From the NCBI RefSeq assembly GCF_009914755.1, contig NC_060933.1: 64,000 nucleotides of DNA; one strand, given 5' to 3'. Positions within the stretch are counted from its first letter, which is position 1. Every line of letters begins with the position of its first letter. This document shows positions 29,454 to 44,353 of this stretch, piece by piece. The notes beneath the pieces were generated by a model. The model saw only the letters and a program-made list of their open reading frames with translations, had not been told where the DNA came from and searched no databases. This stretch comes from the human T2T-CHM13v2.0 reference genome, Homo sapiens. The translations under genes were made by a program, and so were the position numbers.

Positions 29454-32400
29454 AAGAGAGGGGATTAAGACGGTGGATAGGAGGCAGGACTAGCTTGCAG
29501 CTCCCTCTCAGATGGACACACCGGTGTGTGGAGACTCATATCATGGACTTTTGCTCCAAAAACTACTGCAGGAACATAGCAGCAAAGCTAAGAGAATCCA
29601 CAGACCTTCTGAAGGAACTGGATCACTGCTGGAGGCTGCGTGAGACACTGAAAAACTGTGAGTCGGCTTGCTTTCTCAACAGGGAGGCGGTGGTCTGGAG
29701 CAAGTTCTCAGCTCTGGTAACTGGCTGCCTGGAAATAGACTCAGTGCTGTTGGGGGGCACAGTGGGAGTGAGACTGGCCTTTAGGACTGTGGGCTGTGTC
29801 GGAACAGAGTGAGACCTGTGACTACCGGCTTTTTCCGACTTCCTTGGTGACATACATGACTCAGCAGAGGCAGCCATAATTCCCATGGGAATATAACTCC
29901 ATTGGCCTGGGAATCACACCCCCATTCCCCACAGCAGCCACAGCAAGCCCTGCCCAAGGAAAGGCTGAGCTCAGACACACCTATCTCTTCCCCTACCTGG
30001 TAGTCTTTCTCTAGCCACCCTGGTAGCTGAAGACAAAAGTCATAATCTGGAGCTCTATGGCTCTGCCCACTGCCTGAGAAACCTGAATACTTAACCAGGT
30101 GTTCCTAGGGCAAGTCTGCATCCTCCCTGTAGGACCACAGCTGATACACTCTTGAAAGCGCCACCTCCTGGCTGGAGGCTAACCAACACAAAACCAGTGC
30201 ACTAAACAAAAACACGACACAAACTCAGAGTCCACTTCACTCCCCTGCTACCTCCATCAGAGCAGGTACTGGTATCCAGGGCTGCAACACCTGAAGACAC
30301 ATCACATCACAGGACTCTTTGCAGATACTCTCCAGTAACAGCCTGGAGCCCAGTAGCTCAACTGGTTGGCTAGAACCAGAAGAGCAAAAAGAATCACTGT
30401 AGTTTGGCTCCTAGGAAGCCACATCCCTTGAGGAAGGGGGAGAACACCACATAGAGGGAGCATACTGTGGGACAAAAGAATCTGAACAGCAGCCCTTGAA
30501 TCCCAGATCTTCCCTCTGACATATCCTATCCCAGACTATGAGAAGGAACCAGAAAAACAATTCTGGTAATATGACAAAACAAGTTTCTTTAATACACCCC
30601 CAAGAGATCATACCAGCTCACCAGCAATGGATCCCAACCAAGATGAAATCTCTGAATTGTCAAAGAAAGAATCAAGGAAGCACCAGAGAAAGGCAAAGTC
30701 GAACTTAAAGAAATAAAAAGCATGATACAGGATATGAAAGGAAAAGTCTTCACTGAAATAGTATAAATAAAAGCAACCATAACTTCTGGTCAAGGAGACA
30801 CTTAGAGAAATGTAAAATGCACTGGAAAACCTCAGAAATAGAACCAAACAAGCAGAAGAACCTCAGAGCTCGAACATAAGGCTTTTGAATTAACCCAATC
30901 CATCAAAGACAAAGAAAAAAGAATTTTAAAAAATGAACAAAGCCTCCAGGAATTTTGGGACTATGTTAAATGTCCAAACCTAAGAATAATTGGTGTTCCT
31001 GAGGAAGATGAGATGTCTAAAAGTCTGGAAAACATATTTAAGGGGATAACCAAGGAAAACTTTCCCAGCCTTGCTAGAGATCTAAACATCCAAATACAAG
31101 AAGCTCCAAGAACACCTGGGAAACTAATCACAAAAAGATCATTGCTTAGGCACATAGTCATCAGGATATCTAAAGTCAAGATAAAGGAAAGAATCTTAAG
31201 AGCTGTGAGGCGAAAGTATCAGGTAACCTAAAAAGAAAAATCTATCAGATTAACAGCAGATTTCTCAGCAGAAACCCTAAAAGATAGAAGGGACTGTGGT
31301 CCTCTTTTTAGCCTCCTTAAACAAAACAATTATCAGCCACGAATTTTGTATACAGTGAAACTAAACGTCGTAAATGAAGGAAAGATACAGTCTTTTTCTA
31401 GAAAAACAAATACTGAGAAAATGTGCCACTACAAGAACTGTTAAAAGGAGCTCTAAATCTTGAAACAAATCCTCAAAATACATCAAAATAGAACCTCCTC
31501 AAGGCATAAATCTCATAGGACCTATATAACAATGATGCAGTCAAAAAAACCAAGGTATTCTGGCAGCAAATAATATGATGAATAGAATAGTACTTCACAT
31601 CTCAATACCAACTCTGAATGTAAATGGCCTAAATGCTCCACTTAAAAGATACAGAACCGCAGAATGGATAAGAATTCACCAATTAAGTTTCTGCTGTCTT
31701 CAGAAGACTCACCTAACACATAAAGGGCTCACATAAACTTAAGGTAAACGGGTGGAAAGAGATATTCCATGCAAATGGACAGCAAAAGTGAGCAGGAGTA
31801 GCTATTCTTAGACAAAACAAACTTTAAAGCAACAGCAGTTAAAAAGACAAAGAGGGACATTATATAATGATAAAAGGACTAGTCCAACAGAAAAATATCA
31901 CAATTCTAAATATATACGCACTTAATACAGGAGCTCCCAAATTTATACAACAATTACTACTAGACCTAAGAGATGAAATAGATGGCAACACAATAGTAGT
32001 GGGGGACTTCAATACTCCACTGACAGCACTAGACAGGTCATTAAGATAGAAAGTCAACAAAGAAACAATGGAATTAAACTATATCCTAGAGCAAATGGAC
32101 TTAACAGATACTTATAGAACATTCTACCCAACAACTGCAGAATATACATTCTATTCACCAGCACATGGAACATTCTGTAAGATAAACCATATGGTAGGCC
32201 ACAAAACCAGTCTCAGTAAATTTAAGAAGATCAAAATTATATCAAGTATTCTCTTAGACCACAGTAAAATAAAATTGGAAATCAATTCCAAAAGGAATCC
32301 TCAATGCCATACAAGTATATGGAAATTAAATAACCTGCTCCTAAATGACCATTGGGTCAACAAGAAAATCAAGATGGAAATTAAAAAATTGTTTGAACTG

Positions 32401-35238
32401 AATGATGGTAGTGACACCACCTATCAAAACCTCCGTGATACAGCAAAAGCGGTGTTAACAGGAAAGTTCATAGCATTAAATGCCTACATCAGAAAGTCTG
32501 AAAAAGCACAAATAGACAATCTAAGGTCACACCTCACAGAACTGGAGAAAGAAGAACAATCCAAACCCAAACCCACAAGAAGAAAAGAAACAACAAAGAT
32601 CAGAGCAGGACTAAATTAAATTGAAACAACAACAAAATAAAATACAAAAGACAAACAAAACAAAAAGCTGGTTCTTTGAAAAGATAAATAAAATTGATTT
32701 ACCATTAGCAAGATTAACCAAGAAAAGAAGAGAGATGATCCAAATAAGCTCAATTAGAAAGGAAATGGGAGATATTACAACTAATACCACAGAAATACAA
32801 AAGATTATTCAAGACTACTATGAACACCTTTATGCACATAAACTAGAAAACTTAGAGGAGATGAAAAGTTCCTGGAAATATACAACCCTCCTAGATTAAA
32901 CCAGGAAGATATAGAATCTCCGAGCAGACCAATAACAAGCATTAAGATTGGAATGGTAATAAAAAAATTGCCAACAAAAAAAGTCCAAGACCAGATGGAT
33001 TCACAGCTGAATTCTATCAGACACTCAAAGAGGAATTGGTACAAATCCTATTGATACTATTCCAGAAGACAGACAAAAAGGGAATCCTTCCTAAATCATT
33101 CTATGAAACCAGTATCATCCTCATACCAAAACCAGGAAAGGACATAACAAAATAAGAAAACTACAGGCCAATATCCATGATTATAATAGATGCAAAAATC
33201 CTCAACAAAATGCTAACAAACTAAATCCAAAAGCATATCAAAAAGATAATCAACCATGATCAAATGGGTTTCATACCAGAGCTGCAGGGAAAATTTAACA
33301 TAGGTAAATCAATAAATGAGATACACCACAGAAACCGAATTAAAAACAAAAATCACATGATCATCTCAATAGACACAAACAATCATTTGACAAAATCCAG
33401 CATCCCTTTATGACTAACACCCTCAGCAAAATTGGCATAGTAGTGACATATCTTGAGGTCATAAAAGTCGTCTATGACAAACCCACAGCCAACATTATAC
33501 TGAATGGGGAAATGTTGAAAGCATTCCCCCTTAGAACTGGAACAAGACAAGGATGCCCATTGTCACCACTTCTATTCGACATAGTGCTGAGGTCCTAGCC
33601 AGAGCAATCAGACAAGAGAAAGAAAAAAACGGGCATCCAAATTGGTAAAGAGAAGTCAAACTGTTGCTGTTTGCTGATTATATGATCATATACCTATAAA
33701 GCCCTAAAGACTCATCTGAAAAGCTCCTAGAACTGGTAAATGAATTTAGCAAAGTTTCAGGATACAAAATTAGTGTACACAAATCAGTAGTTCTGCTATA
33801 CACCAAGAGCAACCAAGCTGAGAGTCAAATCAAGAACTCAACCCCTTTCACAATAGCTGCACAAAAAATAAAATACTTAGGAATATACCCAACCAAGGAT
33901 GTGAAAGACAGCTACAAGGAAAACTATGAAACACTACTGAAAGAAATCATAGACGACACAAACAAATGGAAACACATCTCATGCTCATGGATGGGTAGAA
34001 TCGATATTGCAAAAATGACCATACTGCCAAAAGCAATCTACAGATTCAATACAATCCCTATCAAAATATCAATATCATTCCTCACAGAACTAGAAAAAAG
34101 CATCGTAAAATTCATATGGAACCAAAAAAGAGCCCGCATAGCCAAAGCAAGACTAAGCAAAAAGAACAAATCTGGAGACATCACATTACTCGACTTCAAA
34201 CTACACTATAAGGCCATAGGCACCAAATAGCATAGTACTGGCGTAAAAATAGGCACACAGACCAATATAATAGAATAGAGAACCCAGAAATAAACCCAAA
34301 TACTTATATTCAACAGGACTTCGACAAAGCAAACAAAAACATAAAGTGGGAAATGGACACCCTATTCAACAAATGCTGCTGGGATAATTGGCAAGCCACA
34401 TGTAGAAGAATGAAACTGGATCCTCGTTTCTCACTCTATTCAAAAATCAAGATGGATCAAAGACTTATATCTAAGACCTGAAGCCATAATGATTCTAGAA
34501 GATGAGGTTGGAAAAAAAACCTTCTGGACATTGGCTTAGGCAAAGACTTCATGACCAAGAACCCAAAAGCAAATGCAACTAAAAGAAAAATAAATAGATG
34601 GGACTTAATTAAACTAAAAAGCTCTGTACAGCAAAAGAAATAATCAGCAGATTTAACAGACAACCCACAGAGTGAGAGAAAATCTTCACAATCTATACAC
34701 CTGACAAAGGACTAATATCCAGAATCTACAAAGAACTCAAACCAATCAGCAAGAAAAAACAAACAATCCCATCAAAAAGTGGGCTAAAAAACATGAATAG
34801 ACAATTCTCAAAAGAAGATATGGAAAAATGTTCAACATCACTAATTATCAGGGAAATGCAAATCAAAACCACAATGTAATACCACTTCACTCCTGCAAGA
34901 ATGGCCATAATTAAAAAATCAAAAAATGATAGCTGTTAGTGGGGATGCAGTGAAAAGGGAACACTTTTATACTGTTGGTGGGAATGTAAACTAGTACAAC
35001 CATCATGGAAAACGGTGTGGAGGTTCCTTAAATAACTAAAAGTAGATCTACCATTTGATCCAGCAATCCCACTACTGAGTATCTACCCAGAGGGAAGGAA
35101 GTAATTATATGAAAAAGATATTGCACACACATGTTTATAACAGCACAATTTGCAATTGCAAAAACATGGAACTAGCCCAAATGCCAATCTATCAATGAGC
35201 GGATAAAGAAAATGTGATACACAGACAGACACCACACA

Positions 35239-35272
<34 letters not shown>

Positions 35273-35680
35273 ATGGAATACTACTCAGCCATAGAAAGGA
35301 ATGAAATAATGACATTTGCAGCCACCTGGATGGAATTGGAAGCTTATTCTAAATGAAATAAATCAGGAATAGAAAATCAAACATCATATGTTCTCACTCA
35401 TCTGTGGGAGCTAAGCTATGAGGAAGCAAAGGCATAAGAATGATACATTGGACTTTGGGGACTCAGGGGGAAAAGTTGGGGGTGGCGAGGGATAACAGAC
35501 TACATGTTGGGTACAGTGTACGCTGCTCAGGTGATGAGTGCACCAAAATCTCAGAAATCACCACTAAAGAACTTATTCATGTAACCAAACACAACCTGTC
35601 CCCCCAAAACCTGTTGAGTTAGAAAATAAATAAATCAAAAATAAATAAATAAAAATACACATTAAAAAATAAAAAAAAAA
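29454..35680 (+). mobile_element. Full-length inactive L1PB (L1PB1-like) LINE-1
   Basis: 5'UTR ggaggcaggactagcttgcagctccc; ORF1 relic from about 30538; ORF2 relic from about 31578 with EN (IVVGDFNTPL) and RT ([13 protein letters not shown]; FADD changed to FADY at 33670); many stops and frameshifts; A tail; TSD aggagcttgc. Confidence 0.95.
35217..35271. repeat. (CA)n microsatellite within the L1
   Basis: Seen directly. Confidence 0.9.
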
Positions 35681-36214
35681 GAGGAGCTTGCCACCTCCTC
35701 CTTGCTCTCTCTTGCTCTCTCTCGTCATGTGATGCACCAGCTTCCCTTTCACCTTCAGCCATGATTGTAAGCTTCCTGAGACCCTCACCAGGAGGAGAGG
35801 CAGATGCCATGCTTTCTGTACACCCTGCAGAACTGTGAGCAAATTAAATCTCTTTTATTTACAAATTAAATAAAAGAATTTTGTAGTCTTAGATATTCCT
35901 TTATAGCAATGCAAACAGACTAATACAGCAATATTCTTAGTTTACATAATGGAATCAAGTACATGAAAACTATTATTTGAAGCAGGTATAATATTAGCCT
36001 TTGGCTTTGAGATAAGAACCAAAGATGTTGTTTTTCCTAGGCTATTGGACAACATATATATGAAGTCCATTATCCTATAAATAGAAAGTTGCTGTTTGCA
36101 TTTTAGTTATAAATTTTTATAAATGATTTCCTCTAAGGAAAATTAACTTGCTCACTTCTCCTACTTATTGCTTCCAGCTCTGTACTACACACACACACAT
36201 CTGTGTTGGGAATC

Positions 36215-36900
36215 TTTTTATTAAAATATAACATACATACAGAAAAGCATACAAAACATAACTATATAGCTTGATGAATTTTTACAAGCTGAGAACTACC
36301 AGCATCCCAGAACCCCCTGTCCTCTGATTCCCCTTACAGTCTCTGGTTTCTGTGCTCCAAAGACAGCCATTATCCTGACCTCCAATGCCCATAGTTTAGC
36401 TTGTTTTTTAATTGTATATAAAGGGAAGTAAACAACACATGCTGTTTGTGCCTGACTTCTTTTGTGCCACACTGCATTTGAAGATTCGTCCATGTTGTGT
36501 TTGCAAGACCTGTTTCCATGTTGCATAGTTGCACTTCATTTATTCTCATTGTTGTAGAGTGTTCCGTTAGGTGAATATAGCAGTTTATGAGTTTGTTCTG
36601 CTACTAGTAATCACTTAGTTTCTAGTTTGGTTCTGTTATGAATAGTGCTGCTTGGGCATTCTTGTGCACATTTTTTGGTGAACATTCTTTGGTACACATT
36701 TCTGTTGACCATATAAACCTAAGACTGGAACCGCTGAGTCACGAACATTCATTTGTTTAATTTTTGAACTGCCAGCTAGTTTTTCAGCGTTGTTGTACCA
36801 ATTTACACTCCTACCAGTGCCATAAAAGAGCTCTCTGGTTGTTCCACACCTTCTTCAACATGTGATATTTTCTGTCTTTCCCATTTTAGCCACTTTGATG
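36215..36900 (-). mobile_element. L1ME/MB 3'-end fragment
   Basis: aaaatataacatacatacagaaaag...tatgaatagtgctgct...gttgtaccaatttacactcctaccag...ccattttagcca. Confidence 0.8.
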
Positions 36901-38885
36901 GAAAACATATCCTTATTAAAGACACAGATCATGAAAAACATCCCTGACCTGATACCTTAAGTGAACTCAATTTTGGCAATGTTAGCTAGTTTATTCTTTC
37001 TTAATGACATGCATCTGGGACAGATTGAGTGCATTCATCCACTGAAGTCCTTCAAAAGTTAATGATCTCCCATTCTTCCCCACCTCCTACCAAATACAAA
37101 TGATATTAGCTCACAGTTACCATGGCCCCCTGAGAAAGCTGTTATACCAGTACTTCTTTTTCATAGTTTCTTTCAGTAGAGATGCTATGGGATTTTCTCC
37201 ATTAATCAGATCAAACCCTACATTTAAAATACATTTCAGTTATTACAATGTCTACATTTTGTTCATAATTTAAGAGTCATCTAAGAGTAGTGACTTATGT
37301 TTATCTTGTGGCATGCCACTTTTATGTTTTCCAGAATCCTATTTTTCATTGCCATGATTGGACTGAAAAACAGGATGTTTTTTTCTATCGACTCACATTT
37401 CTAAAATTCCTTCTTGGTCAAAAGTGCAAGTCTGTTGACCCTTTCAACTTTTGTTTGAAAGGGACATTTTTGAGTTCTTATTAATTATTTTTCATTGCCT
37501 TTGTGTTTCTTTTGCTCTGTTTTACTCTGTATCTTTTCGAATGAGTACCATTCTGCTTTTTATCTACTTATTTTTAAAATAAAGAATTGGAGTGATTTTT
37601 CATGCTTTTCTAGAAGTATCATTTCATTAGAAAGATAATTCTAGACAATAAAAGCTTGAGTGCTAATTGTAAAATAGTTTTATTGATAAAATTTGTAATT
37701 TCTCTTTCTGTTGCTTATACAGTTTGATAATCCTATGAATTCTACAGAAGGAATTCACATGTAATGATCCTTTAATAACTAGTGCCCGAGAAAAATAAAC
37801 TTATTCTACAATTAATTTAATTTTCAACACTTTAAATATCTTTAAATTTGTTTCTTCGTTTTGTTTCTGGTATCTTTTGCCTTGCAGAAATATGTAACTT
37901 TAAAAGAGCCAAATATATCTAGCTTTTCCTTTATGGTTTCTGTGATTTCTGTCATACTTGGGAATATCTTTCCCATCTCAAATTTACACAAGTAAACTTC
38001 TAAATTTTCTTTCAATATTTTTCTTAGAGCAAGGATTCATTTTTCTTCTACATGGATAATCAAACATACAAGCATCGTTTATTAAATTAGACATTCTCAC
38101 TAAGTTCAATTAAAATCCTATAACTACTAAATCTTTCTATGGATGCTCAGGCATATTTGACTAATGTGTTTACCTATTCCTGTGCTAAAATTATACACTT
38201 ACCTTTGATTACAGTTACTCCATAGTTATTTTAGTATCTGGAAGTCTCCTACTTTGCCTTCTTGTTATTATTCAGTATTCATAAATTTCTTGACTATTTC
38301 TAGAGATATATTTTTTCACATACATTCTAGAATCACTTTATATTGTTCAACAGAAAAGCTTATTAAGATTGTAATTTAAGTTGCATAACATTTCTATAAT
38401 AATATTAGAAGTAGTGACATTTCTATAATAGTAGTATCATTAGGAATATTTTATGTACTTCATTTGGATTTTATAAATTAACTTTTATATAAATCTTATG
38501 CTACTCTTGCTATATTTAAGTCTAAGAATTTTCACTTTTAGTCCCTATTATAGATGAATCTTTCTTTTTTTTCTTTTGCTTCAACCTTGCTATTGACAGA
38601 GAAAAAGTTACTGATTTTCTTAAGGTATACAAAGTTAATTCTAAGGCTTTTCAAGAGCTACTGGAAAGAGACGGAGACATCTTTATTCCTGGAAGAGAGA
38701 TTTTGGCAAACATCCTGTCATGAGGAATCTGAGAATCACACAACATGAAGGAAAGTAGAATCTAAGGATGGAGATATGGCAGGTTCTGGAGCTATTATTT
38801 GAACTCCTAGAATAAGCCATATTTGAAACCATTACCAGTTATCCTTTACATTATTCCCTATGTTCATTTAATTTACGTAGGTTTA

Positions 38886-39187
<302 letters not shown>

Positions 39188-40044
39188 TTAAGTTGGTTTA
39201 AATAGGTCTTATTCTTCATTGTTTACCAAATCAGATGGTGTGGAAATTTGAATTTGGCTTCCCCAGATAATTCTTATGCTAGTAATCTTCAGAAAAAATA
39301 CCAGGATCAATACACTCTATTACTATCATGAAAATATAATGAAAAATAATTTAATGGTATAGAGTTGACCATAGGAGAGTTGCTTCAATGTTATCACAGA
39401 TGTATAGGATAAAGCTGAAATTGCTTCATTAAAGAGCTGAATTTTAATAGTTACTGATATAATAAAAGTATAGGAGCCTCTAAATACAAAACTATAAAAA
39501 TGAAATGAAGTAATTGTGTGAAAGGAAGATGAAGAACATTTATTCTATTGCTTGCGAAATATAAATATATCAAATTTATTTATATATCAAATTTACATAA
39601 TATGGATTTGATATATTTATATTTCTCTTCAAATGGAGAACTTAGAAATTCACTAGGCAATCATTACTTTATTCAAGGCAATTTTATGAATTAAACAAGA
39701 TGCTAATTATACTATCAATAGCATAACTGTGCTTTTTGACTCAAAGAAAATATAACTTGAACCCACAATGATGTGAAGTTTCTTCTATATAGATCTTTGT
39801 TTATCCTGCTGATTTGTTTCCTCATTATTGGCTTCTTAAGAAATCGTTGCTCAACTCTGATTTTGTGTTTCAGCTTTGAGTCACATTGAGACCAATGAAC
39901 ATCTTTCAAGTATTTGATTATATTTGTGATTATATGTAGGGAACTTCTTTTCTTCCTGTTGAAAAATGATTGGGACTCAAATAACAGTAGTACTGACCAT
40001 GTATCACTCAGTGTGCCATAACATAAATTCTGCATCATTGGTCA

Positions 40045-41195
40045 ATTCATTTATTCAATCTTTTATTTCACTCCACACCCATATGGGGTGACTATGATGC
40101 AGACATGTTTATATACACAGCAGAAACATCACTGGAAAAAAACAGACAAAAGTTCTTGCTCTCATGGAACTTAGATTCTGACAAAGAAAGATATCAAATA
40201 AACCTTAAACAAATATAAATACACTACAGATATATAAATTATGTAAAGTGGTGGTAAGTGCTGTGAAGTAATGTGTAGTAGAGTAGGGGGGATAGAGAAT
40301 GATAGTGGAGAAGGGGAAGGATGCTCTTTCATATGAGAGTCAGGAAAATCTCTGATAAGGTGACATCTATTCATGGAGTTGTAGTGAAGGAGAAATCAAA
40401 ATGGATATCTAAGGGAAACACCTTCCAGGCAAGTAAGACCCTGAGACAAGAATATTCTAAGTATATTCAAGGAATAGCAAGAAGGTCTAAAGGGCAGGAT
40501 ATGATATTCATTTTAAAAGTTTGCTCTGTTTGCATATGAGAATAGATTGTAGAAAGGCAAGTGTAAAAGGCTATTACACACTTGCAAGATGTTTACTGAG
40601 AGATGACATTCAGTTTAGTTTGCTGGCATGGATCAGGATTTAGAAAAGAGAATGAACCTGGAGGGACAATTTGAAGATATTCAGAATGACTCTGCAGATT
40701 TTTCTTGAGTAGCTAGAACTATATGAAGATCAGGTGTGTGTGTGTGGGTGTGGGTGTTTGCATGTGTGTGTGTGTGTGTGTGTGAGAGAGTGTGTGTTGA
40801 AAAGGGGTAGACTAAAATAAATCAAAGTCCAGTTTCAGATAGCAGAAATTTAAGATGGCAACTTGACAGTAGATGTAAGCCAAAAAATGTATAAGTCAGG
40901 TGTATCCAGGAGATGTTGGGACTGAAGATATAATTTTAGGAATTTTTTAAGCATATAGTTGGTATTTAAATACTTGGAATCAGATGAAGTCACCTACACA
41001 AGGAGTACTGGTGGAGAAGAGTTTATGAAAATAAAGAGAAATCAGCAAAGGGGACAGCAAATAATTTTTTTTCCAAAAAGAAAGGGAGTCATTAGCTATA
41101 TCAAAAGCTGTTAATAACTGAAGCAAGATGATTATGGAGAAATGACACTGAATTTTTCAGTGTAGAAGTCATTAATGGCCTTGACAAGATCAGTG
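40045..41195 (-). mobile_element. L2 LINE relic with embedded (TG)n at 40735-40797
   Basis: attcatttattcaa start; agacaaaagttcttgctctcatggaactta; gtcaggaaaatctctgataaggtgaca; gaagtcattaatggccttgacaaga. Confidence 0.7.
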
Positions 41196-41821
41196 TATGA
41201 AAAAAATTTTGTGTTTCAGTGGGCAACTAAACATAGTCTGACAACTCTTTTAGGGTATCAAATTCTACCCCTGCTCATTGTCTTTGAGCTGTTTTGCAAA
41301 TCTTTGTAAGTGGTAGGTAATTGATAAACAAATTCTGACTTGTCTGTTAGTGACATTAATTGACTTTCTGTGTCCAGTTTGGTAGTGATCTAAATGAATG
41401 TGGAAAAATCAGTTTTGTCTGCATTTCCAATTAATTTCAACATTCTGTGCTCTAGATAAATTAGCGCTGTTTGACTTTTCCTTTGAATCAGTTATAACAT
41501 CTCCGTGGCTCCCTCATATTATGTAAGTAAAATTATTTAACACATGTTCATTTTCATATCTGAATGAGGGTTATGATTTCACCTTTTTCTGAAAATTATC
41601 TTTTTAGCATTAACGTTGGTGTGGTGATGTAGGCAAAAGACTGGCTCAGAGGTACTTGACAGAAAATGGAAAATGGGGTCAAAATGGTTGATTTGATATT
41701 CAGAAAAACCTTTTTTGGTAAAGCACATTGAAAAATCTCAACACAATTTAACAATTTTTTAAATTATGGTAGGAAAGTAAAAATAAGGGAATCTAGAAGC
41801 TTGATATAAGAAGGCAATCCA

Positions 41822-42129
41822 GGCCTGGCGTGGTGGCTCATGCCTGCAATCTCAGAACTTTGGGAGGCGGAGGTGGACGGATCACTTGAGGCTAGGAGTT
41901 TGAGATCAGCCTGGCCAACATGGCAAAACCCTGTCTCTACTAAAAATACAATTATTAGCCAGGTGTGGTGGTGCACGCCTATAATCTCAGCTACTTGGGA
42001 GGCTGAGGCACAAGAATCGCTTGAACCGGGAGGCGGAGGTTGCAGTGAGCAGAGATTGCACCACTGCATTCCAGCCTGGGCGATAGAGTGACACTCTTTC
42101 ACAAAAATAAATAAATAAATAAATATAAA
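41822..42129 (+). mobile_element. AluS
   Basis: Alu with a perfect 16-bp TSD ataagaaggcaatcca (41806-41821 / 42130-42145). Confidence 0.95.
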
Positions 42130-43891
42130 ATAAGAAGGCAATCCAGAGGAGTGAGTGAGTACTGGATCTGCTAATGTGAGGGGTCATGAGCTCTTGGGAC
42201 AGGAAACAAAGCTTGAGACTAGAGCTCTGGTAGGATCCACAGCATAATGCCGGGAGCAGCAAAATCTCAAGGGAAAAACCTGACTTTGCTTTAAAATGGA
42301 GATGTCTGAAATACTTGTCTGTCCTGAACTTAGCTCTAGATAAGCTAGAATAAAAGAACAATTATCTGCTGAGAATTTCTAACCACAAGGTGGCACACAC
42401 CTTGTTTGTTGAAGAACTGAGGTACAGCAAGGTGTGGCTAGAACACTGAACCAAAGGAATTGTGGTATGACCTTAGTTAGGTCTTGGCTGTCATCTCCTT
42501 GTTACCCTAACATAAAAGGTTGTGAACAATAACTTCTCTATGTCACTGGATAATTCAGCCATGAGGCTCTCTCTTGATTCACATCATAAAAACCCAAACA
42601 TTATTCTTTTGTTGCCATGCACACTTGCAGGTACAAGGATGTTAAAATCTACACACCCCTCCCTAATTCTTATATTGCAAAAATTTGCCTGTTACATAAT
42701 AATGATAGTTCCTTGAGTTTTTATCAAGTATTATGTTTACCCAGAAAAGAACAGTATTTTAAAAAGGTATTCTTATACAATTCTCCCCACTTTTTGCATT
42801 TTGTATTTTCTTTGGGACAAAAATGTTATTTGCCTTTGTTGGCAGGGACAGTTAGTTACATTTTTAGGGGAAAATCTCAGAATGAGAAACTAAACTCGAA
42901 CTAAAATAAATATAAGTCTTAGTAAAAAAATCTGAGAAATCAAATGTATTTATTTAAAGTAAGCTTAGATCTTTTTTTGAGCTCAAATCCCGTGATAATT
43001 CAATCTGAATTTATTTTGGTGCTCTCTCACTCACACCCATCTTATGAAAACCAAAGCATTTGGGGGTCTTTTACTCATCCGGTTACCACTGAGATGCCTT
43101 GTCTAAACTTACAAGGGCTACTGAAATCTGAGAACCTTGGGTTTTAGTGCCATCTGGAAGCCCAGTAAACTTTGCAAAGGCTGTGAAACTCAGCCTAAAC
43201 TCCAGCCCCTCAGGCATACTAGGCAGCCACACCCCTCCCACCTAACCCAAAACTCCGCTCACCTCCTGCAATGCTGTGAAGGAGAAAGCTGTAGGTTCCC
43301 TGGGAGTCTGCAGATCTCTCTTCCCATCCTGGACTTCTGGGGCATGCCTCCCCTCCCACCTTCTCTTTTCCACAAGGCACATGTCTCCCTTTCCCCTATC
43401 TGGCATAATTCCCTCAAGGAGTGCCAGGAAGGCAGATCATCTGCTGGATAATTAGCCTTTCTGTCCTACAGCACAAACCTCCTGTGAGGTTAAAAGAATG
43501 AAGGAGCTGGCTGCCTTCTTTAAGTGGACATGAATGTAAAAAAGATCCATGAAGCACAAAACACAAATTCTGTCTCGATTAGCTATGTTGATTCACAGCT
43601 TGTAGCCTCTCCTCATAACCTGAAATACCTGATAAAGGACGGCACGCTCCATCAAAACATACTGTCCAATTTGTGAGTGGTTGAAGGAGTGCCCCAAACC
43701 TCCATCGGCGGTCTGGCCTTTATAATCTTACACGCACAGTGTTTTATTCCTGAAAACTAAAGCTGAAGGAGAAAACTTAAATTACAAATGTCATCACTCA
43801 TTTACTTAAAAATTATCTCCTTCTGTATATGCAGATGCTTCTTATTCTCTTGCAATCTTTCCAAGCCCTTTGCACTAGCTGTATTCTTTAG

Positions 43892-44353
<462 letters not shown>

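Larger units (their letters stand above)
29279..35927 (+). mobile_element. MST (MSTB-like) MaLR solo LTR split by an L1 (parts 29279-29453 and 35681-35927)
   Basis: gatatggtttg...aaatctcatgttgaa start; ttcctttatagcaatgcaaacagactaataca end; near-TSD acaat/gcaat. Confidence 0.88.

Noticed and set aside
31013-34230. ORFs with endonuclease/RT-like sequence as an active retroelement or novel RT system
   Set aside because: These are fragments of a decayed L1PB with many stops and frameshifts and a mutated FADD motif.
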